A DNA stretch of 64,000 nt, from NCBI RefSeq assembly GCF_048593235.1, contig NC_133617.1:586314958-586378957 (forward strand), given 5' to 3'. The number at the start of each line of letters is the position of its first letter. Position 1 is the first letter of the stretch. Both the position numbers and the translations under genes were made by a program. Of the stretch, positions 14,170 through 28,470 are shown in pieces. Under the pieces are notes generated by a model. That model worked only from the letters and a program-made list of their open reading frames with translations, made no database searches and was not told where the DNA came from. The stretch comes from Sminthopsis crassicaudata (lineage: Eukaryota).

Positions 14170-14651
14170 CTATCTGCATCCAGAGGAAGAACTGATTAAG
14201 AGAAGTTCGGAATGATTTTTACACATATCTACATAAACACATATATACATATTTGTGTCTAATGGTAACTATCTCTAGGGCAGAGCCAATGAGACATAAA
14301 GGAAAAAAAAAATCTATATGATTGTAATATATTTAAAGGGAAGAGCAAGTTGTCCATAACAGAACTGCAGTTTCATGTGTAATTTTTTTGATTTCCTTCC
14401 TTGATTTTTGATTTTGATTCCCTTATTTCTACGTCTGATTTTTCTTGTGTAGCAAAATAACCGTATGGATATGTATACATATATTGTGCTTAACATATAC
14501 TTTAACATATTTAACATGTATTGGTCTATCTGCCATCTGGGGCAGGGAGTGGGAGGAAAGAGGGGAAAAAGTTGGAACAGAAGGTTTTGCAAGGGTCAAT
14601 GCTGAAAAATTACCCATGCATATCTCTTGTAAATAAAAAGCTATAATAAAA
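14170..14651 (+). mobile_element. L1 3'UTR fragment
   Basis: Runs from atctgcatccagagg to aaattacccatgcata...aataaaaagctataataaaa; same tail family as the copies at 29765 and 35160. Confidence 0.8.
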
Positions 14652-14799
14652 AGTAAATTCTTTAAAATTACATTATGAAAATGCTTATTTTATTCCATAA
14701 TTTAAAATAAAAGAAAGTTTATTTTTTTAATGGCCTCTTAAAACTAAATATATGATCATAACTGTGATGATAGAGATAAGGGCTCTGGAGTCTTACAGG

Positions 14800-15000
14800 A
14801 AACAAAAATTCCACAATTGAACAGAGAGAAAGAAAAGCTATGTAATGAATAATCTGTATCAGATTGTTTGCTATCTTGGGGAGGAGAAAAGGTAAAGGAG
14901 GGAGAGAGGGAGAAAAAATTTGGAACACAAAATCTTCCAAAAATGTCTTTATTTGCAGGAATTTGGAAAAGTAAAATACTATTGAGAAAGAAAAAAAAAA
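14800..15000 (+). mobile_element. Short L1 3' tail with poly(A)
   Basis: tatcagattgtttgct, then a G-rich tract, aaaatttggaacacaaaatc and an A-run. Confidence 0.65.
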
Positions 15001-15410
15001 GATAAGCTGTATAAAACTCCTGATACGTGGAATGAACTTGGTGTTTTTCACCCTACACAAAAGATTTCAGCATTTTCTCAAGACCTCATGATACCCTAAG
15101 TAGCGTCCATGACATACTATCTTCTAGCTCTATTTTATCTGAAAAACAGGGGGGGAAAGTATGTTCAAAGTGAATCAAAAAGATTCTTCAGAATTATAGA
15201 GAAATTAGCAAGATAAGGAAATGGGACCGTTAGATAAGTACTATGTCTAGTCCAGAGTCAAGATGATCTAAATTCAAATCTAGCCAAACATTTAGCAGCC
15301 ATGTAACCCTGGGTAAATCACTCAGTCTACCCATCTGTAAAATGGTTACAATTGAAATGACTAAACTTTAATAACAAAAGGAAACAGGAACCCACATAAC
15401 AGCCACTTAC

Positions 15411-15589
15411 CCATTGTGAATGTAGGCCCGGCAACTCTTGCTGTTGTTAATCTTGATTGTAAATAAGCAGAAGACAAAAAAGAAACAGGCCATTCCAAAG
15501 CACACTCTGTAAACCGCAGAATAGCCCACCAGCTTCTCACAAGTGTCCCCTGCTTTAATGCCTTTACAAATATCTTCAAAAAAAGGAAT
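15411..15589 (-). CDS. SERINC5: SERINC5 coding exon (exon 3 equivalent), 179 nt: IPFFEDICKGIKAGDTCEKLVGYSAVYRVCFGMACFFFVFCLFTIKINNSKSCRAYIHN(G)
   Basis: Acceptor ttccattcag and donor gtaagt; translated by hand; near-identical to recalled human sequence. Confidence 0.97.
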
Positions 15590-18208
15590 CTGAATGGAAA
15601 GGAGAAGAAGAAATAATTTTTAAAATTAGACAACATACATGCTTCCACATCAAAGCCATAGGGTAGGACTGAGGGGGGGGAAGCATGGAGAAAGAAGATT
15701 TAAAGTAAACAAAATTATTTTCCAAGAACTTTTTTTCTCTGAAAGATTTTAAATTATTCAGGGGGATGGAATGGGAGAAGAAAACAAGAATCGATTAAGA
15801 GCCTATTCAGTGCAAGGTACAAAGCACTTTACTAATATTGTTTCATTTTATTCTCACAATCATCCCAGAGGGTAGGTACCATTATTATCCCCATTTTACA
15901 GTGGAGGAAACTAAAGCAGGCAGAGGGTAAAAAAATAAAGTCATTTCCTCTCATATTATATCAAATAAGGTTAATTCCAAATTCCTTTTCAAAATGGCTG
16001 AACAAATTCATAGCCTCTTTTCTACTACTGTTCTTATAGCATTAACTTTGAGACTACAGAGAATTATTATTAGCGACTGATTCTGTTTTGGGAAATACTT
16101 CTTGATTTGAGACACAGCATGTCAAACCACACCACAGAGTTTTACAGAATTTCACTTCCTCTTTTGGCTATTAACTGAGGTCTGCAATTGTGGACAGTCC
16201 TATCACAAAATGAAATATGTTCTAGGAAAACATCTTTTCTTTGTTCAGTCCAATAAGAAAATGCTTATGAAGTATCAGATTATTGCAAATTTCATATCAT
16301 TAGGTCAGTAATACCATCCAAATGTTACAAGTCAAGGAAAGAAAGCTTTTTCCTTAACAAGAATGAAATTCCTGTCATTGAACATGGGCTCCTGTCCTTC
16401 CAGTTCTCCCTGTGACTCACTCCTCCTATAGTTAGTTATCCTTCATGCAGAGAAACACCTCCATCATCCCTTTTTCTGTCCCTACTTCATGCCCTTCCCC
16501 TTCTTGACCCCCACTAGATCATAAGTTCAACTTTTTAGTGCTCCTGATCACTTATCTATCCTACTGTTCAAATCAATGAACTAATCAATAAGTTCATTCA
16601 TTAATTGAATCCAGCCCCGAGATAAAGACAAAAGGTGTTCTATTTCCCACAGCATCCAGGTGAATATCTAAGTTCATCTACAGCACGGGTACCATGACTT
16701 AAGTTAGGGCTGGATGGGTATCCTGTCCCTCCTCCTCCAGTTTACTTTTTAGCTTTGTTTCTGTTGGCCTTAAGGCAGGCAAGGGTCCTAAGAGATAGTA
16801 GCAGAGGGAAATAAGGAACAAGGAATAAGGTGACTCTGTTTTCCGACTCTTGTGTATCTAAGAGCAGAAGTCATTGAACAGTGACAAGAAAAAGGCCCTT
16901 CCATAGAAGAGTAAGTTTCCAAGACTGCAAAAAGATGGAAACAGCACAAGAGAAGAAGTAATATGCAGAGGGAGCGTGTGAGCAAGGGCTGTCACTATGA
17001 TAAGGAAAGAACAGAGGAGGCGGGGAACTGTGAGGGTGTAGGTCTAACATGGAGATGAATGAAAGCTCTAAGAGAACTAACAGCAGAAGTGGACTCTGCC
17101 TCCACCACACTGAATCAATGGGTCATTCACACACCTCAGCCAAAATAGAGACAACCTCACCCCCAAATACCCAAACCTTTCTATACATTCTAGACATGAC
17201 TTAATACAGTGTTGGTTTTAAATAGAAAGCTAAATTTAAAAGGGAAAAGAAGGTTAAATTTTAACAAGGATAATTTGCTCTGGTCAAATATTTGTTGTTC
17301 TAAGCCCTTTCCTGATTTTTAACAAAGAAAACACATGCTACACACATATTCTATACTAAAAAAGATAAATATATCTCAGGCCAAAGGGTGTTGCTTCCTT
17401 AGATTGACCAAAACATTCAGAAGAAACCTCTCCTGAACATCAAGGTCACTGATCTGTCTGATTCGTCTGGCCTTGTATCAACTTCTCTGCTGCAAGCAAG
17501 ATGACACATGGAAGGTTGGGCGAAACAAATGGAAACAGCACAAGACCAAAAATCGTTTTAAAAATAATAATCAGTTCAAAATAATATAACTAGTCTCTGT
17601 CCATCTAGAAGAAAATAACCAATTCTACACCTCTACAAGCATACCTCACTTTAGACAAATGGCTCACACAACAAATTAGGAGGTATTCACTTTACATACT
17701 AATTTAGCATAAGATTTTTTTAGAAGTACACTGAAATTCCATTTGATTTTCCAATAAAAGCAAATCTGTATAGAGGAGTCCATGAAAAGTTTTAAGGTGA
17801 GTTATGCCTATAGACAAGTATTTTATTAATAGAAAAGTTTATGTATTGTGAACTGAAACACTATAGATTTGAAAGGGAGATGATACTTGGAAAAAAAGCA
17901 TATTTGTGCACATATGAGATCAACTGTCCAAAATAATCCAAAGATCTAGATTTAAATCCTTGGCTCTATTACTTGTAATTTGGACCAATCACCTAATATT
18001 TCCAGGTCCTCATTTTTTCCTTCCTAACAAGTAAAGAGAATAGTTTAAATTTCAAACATCCCTTTCTGTTCTTAATTTCTAGGATCACTGGCATTCCAGT
18101 GAGAAAAAAGTGGATAGACAGGCCAAGAAATGGAGAAAAAGCAGACTGGCCAATTCTGTTTCCAATACAGCAAATACAGTTGTGGGTGTTATGTTTGGGC
18201 TTTTTTTT

Positions 18209-18341
18209 NNNNNNNNNNNNNNNNNNNNNNNNNNNNNNNNNNNNNNNNNNNNNNNNNNNNNNNNNNNNNNNNNNNNNNNNNNNNNNNNNNNNNNNNNNNN
18301 NNNNNNNNNNNNNNNNNNNNNNNNNNNNNNNNNNNNNNNNN
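18209..18341. other. Assembly gap (133 N)
   Basis: N run. Confidence 1.
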
Positions 18342-19789
18342 AAGGAGAATTTAAGAACAAAAGTTATATGAAGATTGAAAGCAGAAAAGGAAGAAATGCT
18401 GTAGCTCTCTAATATCAATATCATGTAAAACCTTTAATATATAAGCAAAATTTATTTCATCTTCAATTATGCTATTCTATTTCTGTGTAAATGTTAGTTA
18501 AAATTCCCCCAACTATATCTTAGTTTGCATGAAGAGGACCTGGGAGTTTCAACAGGTTATAAGGTCAATAAAAATCACTAATTTGACAATGAAGCCAAGA
18601 AAGAATAATAATTCTATATTGTTGCAATTCTACATTAGACTATTAACAGAAGTCAACAAGCATTTATTAGGCACCTACATGTACTACACATAGATATTAT
18701 ATTAGAGATACTAAGTCCTACCCTTCCCCCCTCCCAAAAGCAGGATCTTGAAAAGTAATAAATAGTCCCAGTCTCCTCAGAATCTGGGATGTTCAGATCT
18801 GGGTGCCATATTAACAGACAATAGAAAGAGCAAATTGAAATCAAGTCATATAGGGATAGGCTAAATGACCTATGGATATTCCTATTCAAAAGAAGACTGG
18901 AAATCTTAAAGTTGAAACAAGGCACCTATTAGTAGAAGGAATTCCTAATCAGGTATGAATTGCCATAAATAATCTCTGAGATCCTTTTTAATGTTGAGAT
19001 TTTAAGAGTTTGTATTTGTATTTCTCCCAATTCACATGTTTGTTAGGACAGGATAAATAGATGTCACTGAACTCCTAGCACTCTGAGACAGTCACAACAT
19101 AAATGTGACCTAAAATTCACTGAGATTAAGGCACGAGACATACAAAAATGAAAAATGAAATAGTCTCTGTCCTCAACCGGCTTACAACTTATATCTGGTT
19201 TCCGTGTAACAGAATTGGCAAAAGGATCCTCCTGGGATATCAGGGCTGAACAAAGATGTTTTCCTAGGACAGATTTCATTAATGTGACAGGATGCTTACA
19301 TTGCTAGCTTCGGTTGACAGTCAAAAGAGATACTGAAATTCTGCAAATTATCTGCTGTGGTTTGACCTGCAATGTTAAAGTTAATGCTATAAGAACAGGA
19401 GTATAAATAAGCTTTGTAAAGATGGCTACATTAATACACTGTTGGTGTGACTACAAAATGGTCCAATTATTTCAGAAAAGAATTTGGAATTAAACTTATT
19501 TTGTATCATATGATATTTTATTATTTCATATCCTTTAATCTAAACATCCTACTCCTGTGCATATATTATATATTATGCACACACACATCCCCCAATGAGA
19601 TCAAAGACGGAAAAAAATTTTGCAGTAGCAATAAAAATTATAAAGAAAATAGATGTTAATGGACTGGCAAATGCAGAAACAAATAGTGGTATATGAAGGT
19701 AATGAAATAGTATTGTATAATAAGAAAGACTTCAAAGACTTCCATAAAATGATACAAAGTTAAAAAAAAAAATCAGAACTCAGGAAACA

Positions 19790-20096
19790 NNNNNNNNNNN
19801 NNNNNNNNNNNNNNNNNNNNNNNNNNNNNNNNNNNNNNNNNNNNNNNNNNNNNNNNNNNNNNNNNNNNNNNNNNNNNNNNNNNNNNNNNNNNNNNNNNNN
19901 NNNNNNNNNNNNNNNNNNNNNNNNNNNNNNNNNNNNNNNNNNNNNNNNNNNNNNNNNNNNNNNNNNNNNNNNNNNNNNNNNNNNNNNNNNNNNNNNNNNN
20001 NNNNNNNNNNNNNNNNNNNNNNNNNNNNNNNNNNNNNNNNNNNNNNNNNNNNNNNNNNNNNNNNNNNNNNNNNNNNNNNNNNNNNNNNNNNNNNNN
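19790..20096. other. Assembly gap (307 N) within an old L1 3' fragment (~19650-20330)
   Basis: N run; the flanks resemble an older L1 3' region. Confidence 0.9.
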
Positions 20097-20499
20097 TATA
20101 ATGATCAAGACTGGCCATGAAAAAAGAGAAGAAAATGCACCTCTCTGTGCCTTCATTATTGAGATAGAAAGGTATGGGAGTAAACAATGCCTAATATCAG
20201 ATTTAGTTGAAGCATTGACTATATTTGCTAAACTGCTATTCATTTTATCATTTTCTTTTTAAAATTGTTGGTTACAAGGGATCAATAATTTTACTTAGAA
20301 ATCAAAGTGATATACATATGTATGTGCATATATAGACACATAAATATATGCATGTTTATCAATTTTTTTTAAAAGAAAGAGATACTAGGGTTCTCAGCAA
20401 ATGAAAGATTCCATCAAAAACAAGATTAGAGTTAAAACTGAGACCTCAGTTTTTTCAATTAATCAACATGAACAAGTAAGGGCTTATTGAATAATGTGA

Positions 20500-20765
20500 C
20501 TGAATAGTAATACTCAAGTATGTGAAGCATATGAAGAGCTCTCTCACCCAAAATGGTGCTCATCTGAATTTAATCTCCACCAAAAATAGAGTAAGAGAAA
20601 GTTGGCTCAAGTTGCAAGGAGAGGGAATTAGATTAAACATAAAGAATTATTCCCTAGCAATTCAAAGTTGTTCAATAGTGATGAGGATGACCAATCAAGA
20701 CTGTAAAGGCTCTTTTTCTGGCACCCTTCAAAGTCATCTGACTGGGATGGGTTTTGTTATATGAC
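20500..20765 (+). mobile_element. CR1/L3 3' fragment
   Basis: Recalled CR1 3' features (agttgcaaggagagggaattagattaaacataaagaattattccct). Confidence 0.45.
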
Positions 20766-21330
20766 ATTATTTTCTTTTTTGGGTGAATTCTAGCATGACT
20801 GTTTAGGGGACAGGTCAGAAGCAATAACTACTAGAGAGATAAGGCAGACATACTTTCTGATATCCTAGCCTTTGGTGACTGGAACCTATGGCCCCACTTT
20901 TAGGGATCTTCATCACTCCCTCAAACCTACTTTCCCAGCCTCCAACCACAGGCACCAATGTGAACTAATGGCTATCCTGCTGAGAATCTTTTTGAATCTG
21001 AACCAAGGACAAAGAGGCTTGATTTCTGTCCAGTAAAAGTAATAAAGTTGCCAGTAAATAGAAGAAAAGAAACAATAGTTATTGTCCTAAGCTGGTGAAG
21101 ATATTTTTCTTTTTATGTCTTTTTTTTTTTTTTTTTTGGAAAGGGGAGGTGTTTAGATGTTAACTAGATCTCTCAATAATTCTAACGTTAAGTTCTGGTC
21201 ATCTTTTCTCCTCCTTTCCCTCAAACAACACTGCAGTACAGGCCAATCCTCCCTCAGCACTTCTGAGGGAAATAGTAATCTGAGTCCTAAAAATTATACC
21301 CTCTCTAAATCCACCTTTAAAATACTGTTT

Positions 21331-21495
21331 GGGGGCAGCTAGGTGGCGCAGTGGATAGAGCACCAGCCTTGAATTCAGGAGGACGCGAGTTCAAATCTGG
21401 TCTCAGACACTTAACACTTCCTAGCTGTGTGACCCTGGGCAAGTCACTTAACCCCAGCCTCAGGAAAAAATAAAAAATAAAAAATAAAATAAAAT
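21331..21495 (+). mobile_element. Young WSINE1-like CORE-SINE with target-site duplication
   Basis: Head ggggcagctaggtggcgcagtggatagagc, B-box gagttcaaatc, (TAAAA)n tail; TSD aaaatactgtttg at 21319-21331 and 21496-21508; TT/AAAA L1-endonuclease site. Confidence 0.9.
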
Positions 21496-24312
21496 AAAAT
21501 ACTGTTTGACTGTTTGAGCTAAATCAATTCTCAGAACTCCTTCTGATTTTAAGTTTCCAACTTGAAGTAAACAGTACATATTATCACAGGGCACCCTGGG
21601 GGGCAGCAACACAAAACTGACAGTCAAACTTAACTCTTTTGGGGTACTTTCATAGCAAAAATACTGGAATGGTTTTGCCATTTCCTTTAATTCTTTTGAC
21701 AGATGATGAAACTGTGACAAGTGGGGTTAAGTGACCTGCGAACTGGTATTAGTGAATATAAATGAAATCATTATATATTAGAGAATTTTAGGGCTGGAAG
21801 GGGCACCTGGTCCTAGCACAGACTTTAAAAAAAAAAAAACAAAAAAAAAACAACCCACAAAGCTAGAAACTAATATCAATAGTAAAAGCTGGGGAAACAA
21901 AGAGGGTAAAGTGAGAAAGAGGAAGAGTATCAGAAGCAGAAGTAGAACCTAAATGATCTGGATTCCTAAGCCCAGCATTCTACCAGAAGATGAGTGATCA
22001 AATGTATAACATAATCAAATATATATTAAAATTCATAAGTCTTCATTTTTGCTCTTTAATGTCACCTTCTTGCTCTTCTTGGCACACAATACATCCATAA
22101 GAAATGATAATACCTTCTGGCACAAATTGTAAGAAGTCACAAAAGCCTGACAACTGAGCCTGTTTTCCTGGTCACATGCTAGCCCTGAGCAAAAAGCATC
22201 TTTTATTTGGGGGGAGGAGGGAAAGTCTTAGGAAGACAATTTCTGACCAATTTTTTTTCCTCCTTTTCCCCCAAACAAAGCCACAATATAAGTCAATTGT
22301 GAAGCAGAGATCTAGCTAAAATCCGACACCAAAAAAAAGACAAATTATCTTCATCAGCTCATGACAATAAGTATTGTTTCTTTTCTTCCACTTCCTGGCA
22401 ACCTTATTAATTACTGGATAGGAATCAAACCTCTTTGTCCTTGGTTCAGATTCAAAAAGAATCTCAGCAGGATAGCATTAGTTCACTTTGGTGCATCTAG
22501 TACAGAACTCATTCTCCACTGCTGTTCTCCCAGCACTCATTTCTGTGGGTCCGAGGTGGAGGATGGGGAAGAGGGGGACAAGGATATCCCTTGAGGCAAG
22601 AGAGTAGGGGGAGGGAGAACAGGGAGGAGGTTAAAAGAAAGCCTTTCAAGTTTATTCAAGTTTCTTTATGGGAAACTATTGCTTTCTCACAGAGTGTTAT
22701 GTCTGGATGATATCTAGATGAGAGAGAAAGTTGTTTAGAAATCAGTTTTCTCACAATCAACCAGACAGGGAAGGAAAGAACAGAAGTCTCCTCTAGATGC
22801 CTGCCAAGAGACAGACAGACACACAGACACACACACACATCCCTAATGAGTTTCCCCTTAATCTTCCGCCCCCGCTTTGATGTTCCCCATCAAAAAGCAC
22901 AAATCCCCTTCTACCCTAAGCAACTTGAACCTCAACATGTTCATCATCTCTGAGGGTACTTCCCTCTCTGAATTCATTAAGAAAACTTTTGAAAAGCATA
23001 TAATGTAAGGGAATAAAAGGAATCTTCAAAAAATCTGAGACAAAAGAACCCACTGGGTTAACAACTCTCTTTTTTGAAGCTGGTCTGGCTTTCATATTTC
23101 ACATGGAAGCTGGCCTAAGAATACCCATTTCCACCAGGGGGTTTCAACATTCCCATTAGCATCTATGGTCACTCAGTCACAAGTACAAAATTCACTTAAG
23201 TCGGCAAGTGTCTTCCATTCAAACCAGAGTCTGACTTAACACATTCAGCAGACAGATCTGGTTTGCTTGGCATTGGGGGAGCTACAGGGCACACTGGGTT
23301 AAATATTATTAGCCAATGAAGAGTATGCTTGTTTCCAGAGCAACTTTAAGGCAAGTCCTATTTCACATGGAAAGCCACCAAATACATACTGAAGCTAACA
23401 GTTTCATCCCTCCTTAACAACCATGCTTTAAAAGCAGCCTCTCCACAAACACTCACCCCAGAGGGATGGAAAAGGGAGTGTCAGTTGGCTACAGAAGGCT
23501 GCATTAGGACCAAGAGATGTTTCAGGAAGAATGAGGGTCTCAAAAAATTCTGAGACATTTTCAGAAACCTAAACCACATTAGTAAAAAGGAGCAGTCTGG
23601 GATATGGGTTTTCCAGGGAACTATTTCTTGGACTAAGGTTGAGCTGTCCAAATATATACTGCAAGATATGCGAAGAAAGCAAGTTCAGATTTTAATAATC
23701 ATTTGTCTTAACAACCACTTGAATCTTTAAAACTATATTTTGTACAAATAAGTTCTATAATTGACATTTATTATATGACACTTTAAGACTTACAAAGTAC
23801 CTGATATGTGACATCCTTATAACATGAATATGTCTCATCTCTGTACTCATTAATCTTAAGAGCAAAGAGTATGTTTTATCTCCCATGGCCAGATAACTGT
23901 ATTGCTATGGATAGTATGCAGTCATGTACTCTTTCAGTTTCAGCTAGTCACTATCAAAATAACTTCATTACTAAAAGGAGATACCACGTGGCAAAGGACA
24001 GCAAAGGGAGCCAAAATGACATTACTTCTAAGAAATTCACAAATTAGTGAGAACCAAAAAGAAAAAGAGGAAAAGGCACATAAAGAACCATCATCCAAGA
24101 GGATGCCAGCAATGATTTCTGGCAAAGTCAGGCCTGAAAAAAAAGGGAAAGGTACAGATTAAGAATTGGAAGAAAATCACAAAAGAAATGATCAACTAAG
24201 CAACCAAAGTGTCCAAAAAGGAAATTTCTAATTTCTGAATTTTAAAAAATATTTTTACATTGAAAATTTTAAATAATAATTTAATTTTAAAATTACACAC
24301 ATTACTCTTTAG

Positions 24313-24545
24313 TGGCAGCTAGTGGTTAGAGCACCTAGTATGGAGTCAGAAGGCCCGAGTTCAAATTAGACCTCAAACACTAATTAGATGTGTGACTCTG
24401 GACAGGCTGCTTAATCTCTCTTTGCCTCAGTTTTCTCATTTGTAAAATGAGGATAATAACCTACAACCCAGGGTGGTTATGACAATCAAAGGAGATATCT
24501 GTAAAGCACACAGCACAGCATCTCACACATAGTAAACAACTATAT
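24313..24545 (+). mobile_element. MIR-like CORE-SINE
   Basis: Contains gcctcagttttctcatttgtaaaatgaggataata (CORE) and a tRNA-like head. Confidence 0.65.
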
Positions 24546-25645
24546 AATTATTATTAAAATGAAAGGGGAAGAAGGTATAAGAAGCCACTACAGCTCTCAC
24601 TGCAGCGTTTGATTGTAAATTCAATTCAATTGAACAAACATTTATGACGCACTACATTAGATTTTTGTAATCTAATATGAGAGGAAAAATAGACCAAGAA
24701 TTATGCACAAATACTAATAAGAGAGCATGTGTAAAAAAGTAAAGAAACAAACTGTTACCAAAAAATAACAGCAGTCAGCTGTATAGCAATTTATTTTTAC
24801 TGCCTTATTTGATAGAACAACTTATATTTAAGTGTAGCACACCTATTTTTCATTCTCATTTTATAAATAAAAACACTGGGGATCCTACAATTCTATTTAC
24901 ATTAGTAAATAGAAATGTTGGGACTTGAAGTCAGGACTCCTGAATCCAAATACAGAGCTCTTTCCAATACTTAATATACTTAGAATCAAGAGATCCAGGG
25001 ATGACAACTTAGACCAAAAAATCCTTTAAGTGTCATTTCAGAATCCTGTGGTTTGGGAGAGCACCGCAGCTCCTCAGGCTTTAATTTCTTTGTTTAAACA
25101 ATTGGACTAGATTGAAGTATATGAGCTTTAAAAAAAATTTCTGATAACTGTACATCAGAAGAGTTAGTTTCTCTTATAATCCTTTTATGCATTAAAAATA
25201 TTGTTCTGAAGAGTCAGAGCTTTCAATGAACTAACTGTCCAAGGGGCCAGTGAGCCCCAAAAGATGAAAATTTCCTGAACTAAATGATCTCTCCTATTCT
25301 TTCCCCCCTATGACTTCTTTACCAGGATACATTCTAAATAAATCTAGCTAAAGGACCGTACTTTTGTTGCTCACTCCCACATACCAGAGGTCCATGTGAC
25401 TATAGACAGAGCATGCATACAGTTAACAGAAAGGAAAGAATGCTGGTGTGGGTGTGAAAGAAGTTTTTCTTCCCAGCAATACAATTTCACAATTCTCATT
25501 CTTTTTTTTCTCAGCCATGGTTCTAAATTTCCATAGGCTCTCAAACCAGGGTCAAGCAAAGCAAAGGCTCACAGTTAACTCTCCACAAGGAGTTCTTTCA
25601 CTTCTGAACCATTGATAGCCTTCCCATTCAAAAGGAATAGTGAGG

Positions 25646-25646
<1 letters not shown>

Positions 25647-25703
<57 letters not shown>
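25647..25703. repeat. (GAT)19 microsatellite
   Basis: Directly visible; explains the poly-His ORF. Confidence 0.97.
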
Positions 25704-26639
25704 AGAAACTGCCAGTGAGACAAAAGTGACTGTGGGCTAAGGTTAGCATGCTGGAAAATCTCCATGATACTCTAGTTGTTGCTCCAAGGACCCTTAAGAA
25801 TTTTACACATTTATAATCAGTAAAAATGTTCAGAAATCTTCATTACTATCACCTTTTCTTTTAATTCTCTTGATCTTGCCAGTCCAACATTTAATCTATC
25901 CTGCAAATGGCTTCTAAAATTTGCTCCCCCCCTTTCCCTCTTAAGAATTAGAAATAGCTCCTGCTGCCTAAAAGAAAAAAAGTCTAATTCTATTTTCTAT
26001 AGTCTACATAGCATATTGCAATATTTATTCTGGTAAAACTGACCAGTTAGTTAAGGTATTAATCCATCAAATGAAGGGGTTTGGGAGAGACTTCTCCCAT
26101 AGAATTTAATAATTTAAGTATAGGAAACATTCTGGGAAACTAGGTGGCACGGCGGATACGGAAGGCTGGAGCTGCTCCCATGTCATTGCCATATACCCAA
26201 CCTATCTGGAATTCCTTTTCTCCATTTTCCCACCAATATCAATCTTACAATCCAATCCTTCAAAGCCCATCTCAAAAATTACCTCATTCCCGAAGCTTCC
26301 CAGATAATTCTATTTCTAATTATCAACAGATCAAAGGCCTAGGGCTACAAGGGACCTTAGTGGTAATCCAGCCCAACTCCCTCCTCTTGTAGATGAAGGA
26401 ATTGAGCATCAGAGAGAAAGTGATTTACCATACAGGCAGCAAGTTGCAAACCAAGGTCTCTGACACTAGAATACAACATTATATCTCATGCTACTTCCAA
26501 CTATCTCTTTTTTTTAAGTTTATAATATTTAGCTCATATCACATATCTGGCACTGGATTAATATTTCTTTTGGCAACATGATTCTAGTCTCTGCCTCAAG
26601 TCTCTCCCAACTTCAGCAAAATCCTAAAGCATAACTGAC

Positions 26640-27100
26640 CAAGTCACCCCATTCCCTACCATCAAATTTCCATGGCTCTCTATTACCTCCAGGATCAAAT
26701 ATATTTTTCATTATTTAAAGTCTTCCATCTGGGTCCTTTCTCATATCATCTTGGAAGCCTTTTACTTTACTCCTCTACATATATTCTATAACCCAGCCAT
26801 ACTGACCCGTTTGCTGTTCCTCACACATGACACTCCATCTCTCAACTCAGTGTCTCTAATTATTTCTGCAATATTCTCATCTCCTTCAAAAATCTCCCTT
26901 CAGGTAAACTGCATCTCACTCTCTCCCCCATGGCCAAATAGTATTTTCTGCTCTAAGATTATCTTTTATCTACTCTTATCTCATATGTATTTAGCTATTT
27001 ACAAGTTGTCTCCCCATTAGAAGGGGTTTCTTGAGGGCATTTTCCCTTCCTTTGTATCCCTAGACCTCAGCACAAAAAAAGCACTTAATAAATGCTTGCA
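26640..27100 (+). mobile_element. L2 3' end fragment
   Basis: Ends in the L2 tail tttgtatccc...gcacttaataaatgcttg. Confidence 0.6.
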
Positions 27101-28470
27101 GATGAACTATCTTGGCCGCCAATCCACATTAGGCAGAGCCTAATGGAGCCTGACTAATTACCATTCATATCCAGCCTGGATGCAGAGACAATTGGAAAAA
27201 ATTCTGCTTCCTCAGGGTTAGGTCTGTGGTTTGGCCAAAGAGGAAAAGACCGTTATGCTAATTTGCAAAAACTCTAGGATAAATAAGAATCCAGTCGAGT
27301 ACAGGTCACCACTCGAAAGATGGGAGGAGAAGGGTCTACCTTATGTTTCTAATATTGTTTTTTATTTCCCAATTTCATGTAAAGAAGATTTTTATAATCT
27401 TTTAACAGTCTGAGTTTTAAATTCTCTATTCTTCCTCCTCCCCCCTTCAGAAAGCAAGAAACTTAACATGAATTATTCTATTATTTTTACTTCTGGTAGC
27501 AAAATCTGACATTGAAGTGGGTTGTTCAAAAGCACCTGTCATAAACAGATATATTACTATATCTAAATTTACAGGGTTTGCATATTTTTATTTTCTTCTA
27601 ATTCTTTCATTCACCCCTAAATACTGAAAGGTTTCTGAGGAGCCATGTCATAGATCTCTAGGGTGCCCAGGACAATGTTGGAATATATCAAAGATGTTAA
27701 ATCAACACTCACTGAACTAAGTCAAGGCTGTAGATGGACCTTAGTAATGGACCCCTAAGTAAGCCAGATGTCTGAGACATACTTTAATAGAAAGGGAATG
27801 GGTCTTGTTACTATTAAAGGAATATACACACCTGGAGTAAGCTGATAATTGCTGTTGCCAAGAGGAAAAGTTTTTTGGGTTTGTTTGTTTTTTTTTTTAA
27901 GTTAAGCGCAGAACAAGAATTAGTCAACTCTGGGCCGTTATGAGAGTTGACAAGGTTTATACAATTTTCAATTATGTTAGAAAGACAAAGAAATAATTTT
28001 TAATAATTTTAATAAATTGTTCTGCATAACTTCAAATGTTACTCCTCCAAGGGAATGGGTGAGAAGGCAGAAAAGAAGGAAATCTGAAATTCAAAGTTTT
28101 AAAAACAAATGTCAAAAAATGCTTTACATGTAACTAAGGAAAAAAATATTAAATTAAATAATTTTAATAATTATTAATTTTTTTTATTTGTCTTATACTT
28201 GTGTTAAAGTGGAAATAGATTCTTACCCAAGAACAGGAAAACAAAGACAAATACTTTGACCTAAAAAGATAAAAGAGAATTACCTTTCAAAGCTAAGCTT
28301 GTAAGATTTACACTTCAAGGCTATATATATCTAGAGAGTTTACAAAGGGCTAATTGAGAGGAAAGTTATTTGTCAAAAGATAACTTCACAGCTAGAAGCT
28401 GGTGATGGATCCATTCAATAAACAAAGAAAATATCTGTTGGGAGTTTTTGAGGAAGAAGATTATAAAGCT

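Noticed and set aside
25552-25749. Poly-histidine ORF
   Set aside because: Produced by the (GAT)19 microsatellite.
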